Assembly (NCBI GenBank): GCA_000934665.2
Contig: KZ538097.1
Location: 1-64,000 of the forward strand
Reading direction: 5' to 3'
Source of the DNA: Catajapyx aquilonaris
Taxonomy: Eukaryota
Length of the DNA stretch: 64,000 nucleotides
The translations under genes and the position numbers were made by a program. Below the pieces are notes generated by a model. The model worked only from the letters and a program-made list of their open reading frames with translations. It was not told the DNA's origin and searched no databases. Positions within the stretch are counted from its first letter, which is position 1, and the number at the start of each line of letters is the position of its first letter. Positions 35,867 through 50,551 of this stretch are shown here, piece after piece.

Positions 35867-38800
35867 ATTTTTCACACAGCGCGCATTTTAAATGAACAAT
35901 TATTGCCCAACTGATGCAAGTTGGAAATGTTTTTGTTGTTGAGATACACGATACAGGATATTTACTACGCATCGTGACAGAAGTTCAGGCAATAATTCTT
36001 GTAACTATTCAAAGTCCTTGACTTTATCTTCACACAGTCCGGGATTCCTGGGCTGTGCTGCAGCAGTATAACTTACTTAAGAATAGTATACAGCTTAGTA
36101 AATGTTTTGAACCATGTTTTACACCTTAACTATTGGGAATAAGTGTTGTTAAAATAGTCAGGAATTTCTAGTATTTACTTGAGGTAGTTGAATATTCCAT
36201 TAAGTATATCATCAAGCTGCAGATCGCTCCAAGATATGAGATTGTACAGTGCAGTGCAGGGGTGCGAAATGTTGAAGTTAGCGTGGGTGGCTAACTTACT
36301 AAGCACATCAAAAGACCAATGCCTGAGAGATTCGGAGGAAATGAATTAAGACCTTGCAGAATACCACAGTACAGGTTGCATTCTATTCTACGTAGGATGA
36401 GCACTATAGCATTTATGTAGTGCCTCTATTAACTTTACCTTCTCTCTGACTTTTGAGTGTGACAATAAAGAGCAAAGTAATTTAATATTTTTTTTTGGCA
36501 TTGTCGAATTTTCCGCGTTACATGTTTTTACAGTGGTGGACAGTAATTGTGAAATTATAAAAGAAGAAGAATAATTTCTGTTAAAATGCGACGGAAACTA
36601 GCCCTTTGGCGGCACAAGTTCGTAGTAATTATGCAATTAGCATCCATGGCAAAAAAAACTGCACAGATTTAAAAATTAAATACACGCAATGCAATTTTGA
36701 GCAGACGTGTAGCTACCTCATATTACTTCCACATTTCATTTTTAATGCCACTGCACAGCATTAAAGCCCGCCTGCATATGTAAATCTAGTTGAGCAACCG
36801 AGTGCCAATGACAAATGTTAATATAATGCCAAACATGAACACATTTATGGCGAACCAATTCGCTGCGGATCGATTAGTAATTTAATGAACTCCCTACGGA
36901 AGTACAGCTTTTGTACGATTGTTTCAACGATAGTACGAATGGGACTCCCTTTTCAAGTTGTATCTATCCCCTGGAAACTTGCACATTTTTAAAGAAAATT
37001 AAATTCGGCCAGGAAATAATGCAAAGGAGTAATGAAAACGTACGTCTTACACACGTTTCATTTTGCGAAGCTAATTCGCAAAGTTTTCACAGGCTCTTTG
37101 TACAAGTTATAGCAACAGGGGAGGCCTCGTGCGGACGACTGTGTCGCCTATTATTATTTGACCTTGCTACAAGCCGGGTACGGTTCGTGTGGGGATCTCC
37201 GACCTTGGCGTATACAGGACTGAATGGTTCGATAAGTCAACCCGACGACGCATCTTCTTCAATCCTCAAAATGCGGAATAGCCCATTTTTTAAATAAAAA
37301 AAATACCGCGAACACGCTTCGAAAATTCCGTCGAGCGAAATGACTAATGAAAATGAAGTGTATTTGCCGAACCTGTTTGTTGCCCAGGAAATATTATCAG
37401 CTGTTACTAGTTTATCAGGTAGAATTATCACCGCTCAGATTGTACTACATTTGAGTATTTTTATGATGAGAGATTTGCACGGTCTTTGCATGGATAAATA
37501 GGATGCATGCTGGTAGCTGAATACGATTATTACGCATGCAATGCATAAGGAAAACACTGCGTTGAATTTACTGAGTTGTATGCAGTGGGCCCCTGTTTAT
37601 GTTATATCATCATTGTGAATGAAGGGTGGTTGAGTTTCAGGAGCCTAGAGGCGTGATACACAGTTGGCAGGTGCTTGTTATACCTGGCATGCGAATATGA
37701 CAGTCTAGCTGTTGATGCATGGATACGTCACAAAATGCAAATTTTTTTGTAAATAATGATGGCTTTTGAGAAACTCGGGAGCGTAGATCCCACTCAAGGT
37801 CATCTACTAAAACTCTGTGCCATAGATATGTGTACCACACTACCTGGCGGCGATCCAATGAGTACACATAGAACGTAGCTTACTCTCGCGCTATTTGTTG
37901 GGGGGGAAAAAAAGTTCCAGCATCTGTGCTCAACTTTTTTTTCCAATGAAAAGAGCAGTATTGAATATGCCAACTTCAATATAACCGTTGACAACAGAAA
38001 AAGGAAGACTTAAAAATATACAATGCATATTATATCTTCCTTTCCGACCTAATCCGATTTGATACGTCTGTCCAAGAAAACGATCTAGACATTTAGAATG
38101 ATTCTTTGAAACCACATTTTAGATCTGTACTTGGAAAAGGTGAGTTTTTTCTATTCCAGTTTTCAGGGTATTTCGTGGAACTGGTTGATGAGGTTGGGAA
38201 GCGATGCTGCTGCAGAGACATTGCGCCGGCGCCTGTGGGCAATGCCACTGGCCCCTTTTTGTCGACGTTTTCCCCACTTGTGGGGTGGGATTAAGTGGGT
38301 TGATCGGCAGAGCTGTCGCAGATTTAGTGCATTGTCGTCATGAGCTGTGAAATTGTCAGGAACAGCCCGTGGAGTTGAATTAAAATGGCTGGGTGTCCAG
38401 GAGCTCGGGTGTTTCAAAGGTACAACGAGATTTTAAAACACAGTATAATGTTAGTTATACATATAGATATGGGGTTACAGTAAAAGGCACGATAACAGGA
38501 TTTTCCTTAGGGGATTTATTTTAATTGGATTGTAACTTGACAAGTGTAGGCGACGTTTTCAAAAAAAATTAGCTTCGGGAATGATTTGTTCATAATGCTT
38601 TAGGACAACTTGATGGGTTTTTGGTTCATATGAAAGTCAAGCCATATGACCCCGCCTGTAAAGTGCCAGTTTGAATTATGTCGCATTTTTATCATGGACT
38701 GGTGTTATATGGTGAGTGTTTCGACTCACATTACTAATGGTACCATATGAATTCTGTAGTGCTCTTCCATTACAGTAAGCCTACAGGTCCCTACTCTGCA

Positions 38801-39466
38801 TTATGATGTGGTATTCGGTACATTTATGTGCTTATTTCATGTAGCACAGTTGAAAGTGCGAAAGAACATGATTAATATGCATGTTATATAGGGACAGTTT
38901 ATATTCGTAAGCTTGAAAGTCGGCATATTTATTAAGAGAAGTTATATTCTGATAACGTTGTGAGTTTTTGGCGCGACTGTGGGTCTCGTAATTATTTCAA
39001 ATTTGTTCTGCACGGCAAGGGGGGCGTTAAATTATCGTGAATATGCAACAGGTTCGATGATCGCAAAAATTATATCAGGATTTACCAAATCCAACCATAT
39101 TATTTTTCACATTTTGAAATACACCGAATAAGTTCCAAATAAACAAGTTTTCAAATTATTTAGCAATCACTACGATGATGCAGGGACACTTTAAATTTAA
39201 ATATAATAAGTACTGTATGCCCGCATTACCTGGTCATAATAATTAAAATGGCGGATATCCATAGGATGTTTCATAATAATTCAGATAACCCTTTGAAAAC
39301 TCTAGAACTCCTAGGCCAGAAGATCACTTCCTACAGAGAGGTATCATATTTTGGTAATATCCGCAGCTTCCTTACAGAGTTAATTAACATTAATCAATTT
39401 CCATTGGTCCGTCGACTATCTGCTACACCTAATAAAATCGGTTGAAATTAAAATGGCATGGTAATA

Positions 39467-39587
39467 CAGTTGAATCCGGCTATAACAGACTCGAAAGGCT
39501 GGTCCCGTCATACTTTCATAATATGGTTTGTGTATAACATACCTATTTCCGCGGTCCCTTGAAGTCTGTTATATCCGGATTCAACTG
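39467..39587. mobile_element. pogo/Tigger-type MITE with TA TSD
   Basis: TA-CAGTTGAATCCGGCTATAACAGACT ... AGTCTGTTATATCCGGATTCAACTG-TA. Confidence 0.88.
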
Positions 39588-40236
39588 TACCTATTTCTTT
39601 TTTCTAAGGGGCCACAGGCCAAGGGATCAGAATTATTATTTACTCTTACTATTCCAAATATGTATATTTTTAACTGAAAAGGCAAGGTCGTGCGGAGGGA
39701 CGCACACGTGCCTGGATATTTTATACCATTGAAAACCCATTAGCTCGATAATGATGCTACGGAGACCAAATGACACCTCTACATATTGTCATCTATACTG
39801 CTGGTCCAAGAGTTCCAGTTTGAATCATTATAAAACTCTGTACAGTTCTTTATCCTGCAAAATACACACGTGTTGCACGTGCTATGTGTGACTTTATTCC
39901 GATACCTTGTGATGTCTCCTCCAACCGCAGCCAAAAGGGCAGACCCTAACGTCTCAGGTGCACTCTTCATGTGATCCTAACGAGCTGTTCCCTTCAAAGA
40001 GTTATGGGATCATGTGTTAGTAAAATCGTTAGGTTAGTTAAACGTGCTCGTAACGGACAGAGTATAGCTTAAGGGGATTTGTTACTACAGAATGTTTGTT
40101 TAGGCCAGTCCGAATATTTGTTATTTTTTGTCCTCTATAACGAAAACCTGTTCAGTGCGAAAGGTTGTTGCGGTACGAAGCTGTAATAACAGTTATAGGC
40201 CTACACTGATACAGTATACAGACATGTTTCAGAGTA

Positions 40237-40512
40237 CAGTGCTGGACATTAATTCTGTCATACTGCTAGCGACATTTTCCGTTGCGGTAGACGTGCAAAT
40301 CGAAGTGATAGAGTGCGAGCCGTGCGAGTAGGAAATGGTAACCATTGGGTGATGTCAGCTGGGGACAAGCCTTTTCTCCATTGCTCTCCAGCCGGTGACG
40401 TCACTCAAGGCCTACATCTTCTTACTCGCACGGCTCACACTCTATCACTTCGATTTTCACTTCTGCCGCATCAGAAAATGTCACAAGCAGTGTGACGCGA
40501 TGTCCAACACTG
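40237..40512. mobile_element. Palindromic MITE family A, copy 2 (opposite orientation)
   Basis: CAGTGCTGGACATTAATTCTGTCATACTGCTAGCGAC... homologous to 10152-10435, with the asymmetric core reversed. Confidence 0.85.
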
Positions 40513-42568
40513 CTGTATCGGTATATTTAATTCCACACTTCTACAGGATTGTTTGATACCTACCTCTCGACAATATTGTTTGTAATATGTTTGATGTTGA
40601 CAAGTTAAATTATTGTTTAGACATCTTGTGGTCCTTTACGTCACACTTTTTGTTCCTGTAGAAGTCGGACTGTTTGATGTAGATGTGACTATACTGTATG
40701 AATTTTACTGAAAATGTGTGCGATTTTTTAGTGTAGGCTACTTCAGAGAGTAATCAGCTACACTTTTTTGTGTGTGAATCCTAAGTGAGATTCTAACGCT
40801 TTGGTTTTAAAATGCCACTTCAAAGTGCCTGTAAATTTTACCACCGACAATCAGTTTTTCGATGTCCATCCGAAAAACAGACCCCTTGATTCAATATTGC
40901 CACTTCTGAGCCATTTTGTGGAATTCTTCGAAGTCTGTTCACTACAGTGACAAGTAAGTGCATTTGGTGTTTCTTGTGGGCTATCCAGGGCATTTTTTCG
41001 AGAAGGTAGTATAGTATACTGTATGAGGTAAACCATGGGGAAATCGCTTTGGTGCTCTGTGTGCGCATGCAGTGTTATATACCCTTTTGTGGCAAGGCAT
41101 TACAGAACTTGAAAGGCTGCATGCAGCAGATCACCTTGGTGCATTATTGGCACACATTTAACTTTGAGACTGTTCCAAAGCTGAAATTTACTCTATAATA
41201 AGCATGTTAATAAGTTACCATGTTGTGTAAGAATTTGCAACAAATCACCATTTTTACACACAAACTATGGACGGTGTAGGGTACCTTATGTAATGAAATG
41301 TTAGCGCATAAATGTTATAATAATGGAACCTTTCTGGTATCCGGGATGAGCCGTGGGAAATTGTTGTGCAACTTCGGTACAAAAATATTACCCACGATCA
41401 TGTTATGGTCCATGGTTGTACACCCACTTCAGAATTAGCAAAGCATGAAAGTAATTTCCAAGCGTTAATTTATGAGACGCTCGGGTTTGAAAGCACTAAT
41501 TAAGATGAAATAAGTCATTCACGAAGCTGTATCGCACATAATCAATGTCCAGCATAACAAAACTTTTATCAGCTAGCTACTTCATATGTGACCAAATGAA
41601 CTGTTGATATTTTCTGTACATTTATATGGATGATATTATAGCGTTTGATCCATAAGGTAGGGTGATTTTTTTACTGTTCTAAGACCAATAATTATTGTTC
41701 TTAGAACAGCAAAAAAATTGATCTACCGGGTAAGTCATTTTGGTTGTGAGGCAAATACGTGGGTTTGGAGGCCTGAATCAATATGTTAATTACAAGAAGT
41801 GCAAGATTCATGGGCGCTAGTAGGACAATCTAACTGGCAGGATATTCCATATTATTCACTTGGGAATAGACAAACATTAATTGCCTTTGCACGTCATAAT
41901 GCTGACCCCCAACTAAAAAAGGCGCGTTGAATATTGCGTGGTCTTCTAGAATAGGACAAGGAATCTGCTTTCTAGAAGCAAATGCGGAAGTTAGTCACCA
42001 TCCTGTATTTTCCGTGGCAGTATATTGCATGATTACTGTCCTCAATGGGTTAGTAATTTGGAAATTACTAACCCATCTTGGACTGACCTCTACACTTTAT
42101 TGCACCTACAAAAATTCAATGCAGTAACTCCATAAACCTTTATCTAAAATTATTATGCTCACCGTGACGCAATGACTAGCATTTAAATTTTGTTGACATT
42201 TGAAGTGAAGCATTATACATTCTACTGTAATGTTGAAAGAATAATATTTCATATAAGCTGAATTATGACGCAGTTTTATTTCAGTACCGTATATCAAACG
42301 TATAGGCCAAAATGCAGTACTAGTACATTGGGGATTTTCTAACGAAAGGTCATGGTTGACCACCGGGATAGAAAAGTCGACTCCCTCCTCGTATTAATTG
42401 ATTCAACCAGCAGTTAATAGTAATAGTGACGTCTGAATAGGCCACAATGACTCTCAACAATGAAACTAACAATTGCTCTGTGACATAGTGACATGAGTGA
42501 ATAATAGATACATAATTGCAGCTCACTGTACTGTACTTAACATAGGTAAATGTAGACCTATACTCATA

Positions 42569-42950
42569 CAGGGTGTTCCAATTGAAATGAACTTTGTGGT
42601 TAGCGAATTGTGGCACGAAGATATTTATTTTTAAGCGCCGGGTTACTTTCAGTGATTATCATAATTTTAGTTGCTAATATTAGGTTGCGTTTGCCCATAT
42701 TTTTAAATCCTAAATAGGTCTGGCATGCAATTATGGGTTTTATCATTGACGTCCTGTGTCAATTGTTCCAATGCAATGGGCTTCTCTCAATTGGAATTCC
42801 ATTTCATTTCAGAGCTCTGATATAATCATATTAGCAGCCAATATTTTCGATAACCACTAAAAGATACAATGCAAAATGAACTGTTTCGAAGTATCCAGCT
42901 GTGTGCCAAAAATGTCTTATCACTACAATCATTTCAATTGGAACACCCTA
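42569..42950. mobile_element. Tc1/mariner-type MITE
   Basis: TA-CAGGGTGTTCCAATTGAAATGA ... TCATTTCAATTGGAACACCCTA-TA. Confidence 0.82.
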
Positions 42951-44335
42951 TAAGTAAGTGGATCTTTTACACAAGTTCTGCTTTGGAATTGTTGTAGTTT
43001 TGGCTGGGTCTTTTTGCAGGTTTAGTTTTGTGATATAGCCTACTGTATATCACATGAGAATATGCAGTTGAAATGCTCGAGCGTGACGGCTCTGTGCCTC
43101 CAATACTAATTAGTGAAATGGATAAAACGAATTACTCTCTGACATTCAAAGGTGCGTATATACTGTACCGGTAGATACCGGCAGACTATACTAGAAAACG
43201 TAAATTCATGCTTACTGTACTTGCAAGGAATTCCGATTGTTTGATAGGGTTCATTCGCATTAATATTATATTTGACTCTTTATTAGACAAAAAAATTGAC
43301 TTTTTATAGGTATTGCGTCACTGCCATAAAATATAGAAACATACTATATGCATTACTTGATGCAATGTAAATGGCAAGTGTTTGGTGAATAATGTTACCC
43401 TACAGCTGTTTAAAGGCAAAAAAGTAAAAGGGGAGTACATCATGTATAGCCCTGTCGGTATTTCCGGTCGTCAGAGCATGCATGTTCAGTGCACCCTGCC
43501 TGCAACACAGTTCAAGCGTCGTGTTATTCACTACGTACTGTACAGGAGTGGATCATACCGTGTGTCTATAGTCTAGGCTATTGAGACTTTTGAAAATCAT
43601 CAAATGCCACTTTATTATGTTGCCCGAGCATAATATGTGTACCTACAAATGCCTACAGTGCCGCAGATATTTGATTTAAGAATAATTCCTCGGGTTTAGA
43701 AGAATATTGATGATAACATTTTGTTATGAATGATTTTGAGAACTATGCACATTAGTGTTGGAATAACAAGTGTGGTTCTGCGAAAATGAGTAGTTCGCTG
43801 TTCGCAGATTTCATACTTTATAGGCTAAATCACATTATTAGGTTAGAATTGACGCCTTGGGGAGTTTCGCGTAACATGAAATAATTGGGTCATAGCCTGA
43901 ACCCATTTCTTCCCATTTTAAAAAATGGTACTGGTACAACTTTGATCATTAATATTCATGTGCAGTATTCAAAAATATTTACTATTGCGTCTCTTAATTT
44001 GGGCAAAAAACTTAATAATGATGTCGCCCATAATGCGTCCCTTGTTGCGCAAGGCTGCTCAATAGTTGCTGTATAGGTGTGTATATGAGACCGTAAATCG
44101 CATCGTTATATGAACTTTATAATGAATGCATGTTTTGAAGTTTATCCTCTGTGTCCTTGTGTCCTGCCTTGAAGAAACAACCGAGTAGTAATCGTCGCCG
44201 TAATTACTGATAGTCGTCTAGGGTAAAATCATCATCTCGTAAACTTGATTTATCTCATACCATCAGGCATTACATAGCCTATAGCAATATAAAGAATTAC
44301 TCAAGATTACAGCAAACAGTTTACACCACGACACT

Positions 44336-44615
44336 ATGTACTGGACATTAATTCCGTCATACTGCTAGCGACATTTTCTGATGCGGCAGAAGTGCAAATC
44401 GAAGTTATAGAGTGTGAGCCGTGCGAGTAAGAAGAGGTAGGCCTTGAGTGACGTCACCGGCTGGAGAGCAATGGAGAAAAGGCTTGTCTCCAGCCGACAT
44501 CACCCAAGGGATACCATTTCTTACTCGCACGACTCGCACTCTATCACTTCGATTTGCACGTCTGTCGCAACGGAAAATGTCGCTAGCAGTATGACGGAAT
44601 TAATGTCTAGCACTG
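44336..44615. mobile_element. Palindromic MITE family A, copy 3
   Basis: CTGGACATTAATTCCGTCATACTGCTAGCGACATTTTC ... GAAAATGTCGCTAGCAGTATGACGGAATTAATGTCTAGCACTG; same orientation as copy 1. Confidence 0.85.
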
Positions 44616-47600
44616 TGCACTGCCTGCTGCGATATGATAAGAGAATTATAAGGAATATGTAAAATAGGTTTTGATGAAAACGTTTTCCATGTTACATATT
44701 CCTGGCGTGGGGAAACAAGAATAGTAGTTTCTGGCCAAGGTCCAGTGTTGGTGGCAGTCATCCGTCGCGTGCTTTATGCTGGTTGGAGCTGGCGCAGAGT
44801 GAAGTGTGCAACTAGCTAAGCCAAAGACCTGCCTTTCTGTTGTCGGTTACACCTTCTGCCCGTTGGGAACTCCGGACGTGCTATTTTAATTCGCCATGAT
44901 CCCCACACTACTTCCTCCGAAGCCATGCAATTTTTTTTATCTGTTTCTTTTGTACTTCCTTTATTTCTCGAAGCCTTCATCGTTTCCTGCGCCTGCGGTC
45001 TTTCGGGAATCCGACCGTTTCTCAAGTTGTCGGGGCCAAAACTTTAGGGATGCCAAGTGGGCCAAACCGTGGCTGCTGCCTGCCGCGTAGATGCCAAAAT
45101 GTGACTTATGGCGTGAATGTCGTCAGCTTAGCGGGATTTGAGCGCAGAGAAACGATGATTTGTTTATGTGTGACTGGGACCTTACATCCCTCCTGTTTTG
45201 TAACGTTCTAAACGCAGTTTGGGTCAACTTCCAGCACATTCAGTTAGGAGAAGAGTCTTTTGCGGGCAATTGGATTAAGCCAACCGTTGCAGTTGCTCGA
45301 TTGGGGTACATGGCCCCTTTTGTAATGTTCCCAACTCCCTTGCAGCAGGTCGGTCCTGGCAATTGCATCATAACGCTAATGCAATATGCATGGCTACTTA
45401 AATTGGTAATCCTCAGTGACCGTGAAATGTAATTAGGAAATTCCGGACCGCAACTTGGTGGCTTCTCTCCGTTGGCTGGCCGAAAACCCCGGGATGGATA
45501 AGCAATTCATTAACAACTTTATTTGTCGACTCTGTGTCGTCGTCTATATCGTTTCTGCGCACCATTTACAGTCGAATTGGCGCGGACTCAGCGAAATTGC
45601 ATTTTTTAGTCCAATGCAATTTTCTCGTTTAATTTGCCATCAAATAAGCGCGAACTCAACAGGTATTACGTATTGTAATCCGCTCCTGGAATTTACAACA
45701 TTTCTGGCTAACGCGGGAGATCTTCCGAGTGTCACACTGTATTTCACTTAGAAATGGACTGGCTAAATCCTAGTTAAAACCACACGGCCTAGTCCTTTGC
45801 AGGTTTCACCTCTAACTAACTTGGTAGCATTCCTTAATACGGACTTGGCAAATGACACACTCCGGACTTTTGCTCAAGTTATTACAGTATTTGAACCGCT
45901 GCATGAGATATATACGTAGACGGTGAATCCTACTTGAACGGAAAGGGAGCTTTGAAAATGATTAGAGAGCGGAGAAACGAGTGGAAAGTGAAGGAGCGTT
46001 ACCTTGGCGACCGTTTCGGAGAAGGAATAAGGTTGGAGAGGAAAAGCCATGCAGGTGAAAGAGCTGCTCTCTGGTATAGGAAGCCCAATCAAGTGTTTTT
46101 AACGCGAGTCAGATTGAGTCCTAGGTGTAGATGTCATTGCCGTTGCTGTAAATGGCCTCAGCAAGCACTTTCAAAATTGCTTTTTTTATTGCCTTAATTT
46201 ATCCAGGATTTCTTCGTACAATTTTAACTACTGGAAGTATTGAGAATTCTGTAGCTACCGTATATATTGAAATCTATTTTCGTAGGAATGGAGGTACCGA
46301 TGGGGAAATCAGGGTTCGTCGTGCTATAAAAAAAGGCAAAGGAGAGGAAAAATTACTTTGACCTGACCTCAACCTGACATAGACCTGTATAATAACCTAA
46401 TGAAGGTCTATATACCAGCTTGAACTAAATCTGTATACGGTAGCTACCTATAGCCTTCCACCCTTCCCACCTTCTGAATATCCGATTGCAGCACCCTTAC
46501 TTTGACGTAGCATTGTGAAGCCTCAAAGGATATTGACGCTTACATGGAGGATACCGTTTTAGAAGTACCTCAGATTAAATTAAGCATTGCAAACTCCATC
46601 TCTTGCAACAAAATATTGATTCCTGTAATACCTTGAGTCTTATCCCGAGCTTGTTCTTGGTAAGGTTAATACAAAAGAATATTGAGTTACCAGTTTCTAT
46701 TAATTGCCGCTATGTTCACGCTGGCTGGATAACTTTAAGAAAGAGAGAGAAATATCTGCGGTGGGTCTTACGGAGGCCTAAGGGATGTTATCTCTTAACC
46801 GTAAATTCCGCCTGTGATATAAGTTTACATGTTATTATCTGCAGCGCCATATTTTCCATAGGTTCTGCTTGTGGTCATTGCCTTAGATTGCGACTAATAC
46901 AGTGTTATGATAATTTTTAATCATGTAAGGCCAAAATATTATTTATCAGACACATTCTGTCAATATCATTGCTCGACCTTTCGTAATGTTGTAGTAAACT
47001 CGGGGGTCGAAAGGAAATGGGTGATATGGTATAAGTGTTGCCTGATAACATAAGCTCGGATAAATCAGTTCGAATTATTTGCCGTTTTTTTCTGCTATTC
47101 CATCATCAATATATTCCTCACATATGATTTGGACTCAGTTTAGAAAATCAAGGCACATTCTTCGTGCCAGCCAGTCGCTTTAGTTGATAACTTATATTTT
47201 TGCTTTTTTTATTATATCTGCTAGCGTGCTGAGTCCCCCCCTGTGCACGTGGCATGAATGAAGCGCCAAGTTTTTGACTATAGAGATATTCCAGAAAATA
47301 CCAGCTCATTGATCCACGCTGCGCTTGCTTTTATACAGTATATTATCATACAGTGATCCGACAATTTGCGCTCTTAATGCACTCTCTTGTTGCTACACAA
47401 ACGAGTCCTAAATTGGCACCTTAATCCCCATGGAGAGCTCTGGCAAGATATCGAGCACATTCTTGAGCTAGTTTGCAAAGTAAGAGAATGTGGGCAACCC
47501 GGAATAATGAGTTTGCTAAGGCAGTCAGCGCATGCACATATGACAGCGACCTTGGCCAGCTACAAGTCTCAAGGTGAAGCTCTATCATCCCCAACCCTAT

Positions 47601-47869
47601 ATGTGGCCTCCATCAACACTCCTTTCCATTTCCTTTCTGCATGGATGCTGTTGGCGGCATGATTTCCCCTGCTCCCCCATCCCCTTCCTTCAGGCCTAGC
47701 TTAATAATATGTATTCCATCCTTCCAATCTCCAATATTATATTGCATGAATTCGCCATTTTGAAGTGTCTAATATTGCACTATCAAGCTGCAATATTTTT
47801 ATGTATACATAATATTTATCCAGTTTTGAATTCAATAATGGCTATATTACGCGTAATTAGGAAGGGTTA

Positions 47870-48330
47870 AAGTGCATCGGATTTTTGAATGAAGTGTTTT
47901 TGGCAAAAGTTAGTCAAGCCCATGAGCGTTTTTAGCGTGCGTAAAATGGTTCTTTTATGAAAGGCTGGTGGCTGGCGATGCGCGCATCCATATAGGGCTA
48001 TAGAGTTTGGCAGAAGTTGGCCTCTGGTGGGGGGGNGGGGGGGGGGGTAGAGAGGGGCTTTTGCGGTGGGAATCAATTTGGGTCATAGAGGCTCCTCGGC
48101 AGCTAAGAAGGGAAGATGACTTCCATTCCTTGTTTGATGTCGGGATGGGATCCTGTGCCAAGTCCTGCGATCGATGTTTTCCCTCAGGCGCCTTATTGGA
48201 CGCCGACTAATTTTCCCATTCAGGCCTTTCTTCTCCTGAAAAGGAACCCCTCCCAATTCTTCAAGATTGTTAGGGGGATACCTAATTATCGCCTTTATAC
48301 CTAAGGAAAAGGTTTGATTGATTCGTGACT
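47870..48330 (-). mobile_element. Possible highly degenerate LINE fragment
   Basis: Minus-strand peptides FSLGI and IALYGC...ILRTLKTLMGL weakly resemble the end of LINE RT; no long frame. Confidence 0.3.
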
Positions 48331-48806
48331 GAGCATGGCAGCGCGGCCACTTTTCCTGAGTGCAAGCGAAGCCAATTTTTCCCAATTATTAGTGTTCCTA
48401 CAATGTATATGGCAGACAAAGAAAAGAGAGAAAAAAAGAAAGAAAATATTTTCTATACGGTATACTGTACACCAAATGTAGATATAGTCCATTGATGTGG
48501 GTGGTTACTTCATTTGCAGTAATTTGTTAATAGCAGGATTGAGATAATTTGCATTTTTTCTGATCTGTGTTTTCTTGAAGATACAGTATCACGCGATTTA
48601 AAAATTATTTCAACACTGAATCAAGTTCTAATGAAGTTAATGTTGTTTTTAATGACTGCGTAATTACAGAGGGCGTTGATTTTACTTTTCTGTTCTATAG
48701 TGAAAAGATTCTTGTAGTATAGAGTCACCGCTTGTCTCGTAACAGAATAGATTGTGAAGATAACAAGTGACAGTGGGATCGCTTCTGGACCTCTCCTAAC
48801 CCCCCA

Positions 48807-48831
48807 NNNNNNNNNNNNNNNNNNNNNNNNN
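48807..48831. other. Assembly gap (25 N)
   Basis: Run of N between poly-C tracts. Single Ns also occur in G runs at 3368, 48036 and 52428. Confidence 0.99.
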
Positions 48832-49784
48832 CCCACCCCTCCATAAATTGTGTTGTTAGGATGTTGACAAATGGCGCACACATAAGGGTACTGTAGGCTG
48901 TCGATCGCAATATGAACAAGTTACATAAGGTAGCCACGTTATAATACCACCCAAAAAATATAGCTTTATAACAGGCCTATAGTATTGACGTTATACATGC
49001 ACAGTGGGCCAGTTGATGTAATCACATTGATGTAACATATTTAAATATATGTCTAACAAAATTTTGTAATTCAGCATTACATCGATTGGTAAGATGTTAT
49101 ATTTCTGCGACTCGATTCTATAGTGCAGGAGTTATGGTGAGTCATGTAGTTGTACATATTCATGGTGATGAATTCCATCAGTTATTACTGTACAATGTGC
49201 AGTTGACTACATTCTCCGATTCATTCCGAATAACTGCTGGCATCGAGTCAAATGCCATCCTTTTGAAGTAGCTATTTACCCGTATTTACCGGTACCAATG
49301 ACCTGATCAAATAGTATATGGTTCATTGCAACCCTCACGGATGGTGCACTAATATACCGCGTCATGTAGTTTCAATGTTATTAAGTGGAATTTATCGCTA
49401 AATTAGCCTTTCCTGTATGAACTGGTAGGATAAAACATCCGCGGAATATTTAGTATATTGTATTATTACACTTCATTTATTGTTATATTTTCTGTTAACA
49501 ATGTTATCTATATAGGCGTAGCTAGCTATCATACAGTAAGTTACTCATGAATGTAGTATAATAACTTCTCGCATAAGAAGCTCACCATGAGTAGATAAAC
49601 TGTTTGTTATACAGGTCGAAATAGGCTGCTGTATTTCGCCTTTTTCTTACTTCCAACCGATTGATTCTCTTTAACTTGGTTGCAGGGTGTGCCAGATTCG
49701 TGGGTCACTTTTTGATAACTAATATCGCCCGATACCAGTTATTTTTTGTAGCTTGTTGTGCCCCTAACCATGTTCCCCACTCCA

Positions 49785-50208
49785 CAGGGTGTATCTGAAC
49801 TCAGTGCCCCGACGTATATGACTGCCTTCCTAGCCACCAGAGGATCGATTTAAGTATAGGAATCATTATGTTTGGCCGCCGCATTACGGAGATACACTCT
49901 TTAGCGATTTTTGCCTAATCGCTCCTTCTGACTTTTAAATAGAATTTTCTGGTGTAACTAGCCAAAGAGGCCTTACCACCTGTGGGCAACAAACCAACAA
50001 AGTCCCGCCCCCAGACCTTCCAGAGCCTTCTGACTGGGGGAGGGTTCGATGGGTGGCCTAACCGACAGGATATTTTGTACTACATGTTTGAGGCCAATTA
50101 TCTCCGTAATGCGGCGGTCAAACATAATGATTCCTATACTTAAATCGATCCTCTGGTGGCTAGGAAGGCAGTCATATACGTCGGGGCACTGAGTTCAGAT
50201 ACACCCTG
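49785..50208. mobile_element. Younger Tc1/mariner-type MITE with 110-bp TIRs
   Basis: Arms 49785-49894 and 50099-50208 (CAGGGTGTATCTGAACTCAGTGCCCCGACG...), one mismatch seen. TA on the right flank, CA on the left. Confidence 0.92.
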
Positions 50209-50265
50209 TATAACTACTGCTATATTCTACCCTCGGGAGTCGAATATAGCAGGACTGGTGCTATA

Positions 50266-50551
50266 ACCGAAGCAATTTGGAGTAGGGGATATGGTGTCCG
50301 ACTGCTAATCGGGAGGTCCTGGGATCAAATCCCGGGGCCGGCAACTCTGACCGTGGTTTTCTGTGGTTTCCCACGGTCCTTCCAGGAAAATTCCGGAGTT
50401 GTTTGCGTAATTAATAGGCCACGGCCCCTTCCTTCCGTCCCTATCCTATCCCAAAAAGCGCAGTAAAATGAAAGCAAAGAGTTCCAAGCAAAACAAAACT
50501 TCCCCCCTAAAGAGCCGATAGGCTGATAACGGGGCATGAATTATTAATTAT
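50266..50551 (+). mobile_element. tRNA-derived SINE, copy 2
   Basis: Same body as 16975-17265; TSD GACTGGTGCTATA (50253-50265) / GACTGATGCTATA (50552-50564). Confidence 0.92.
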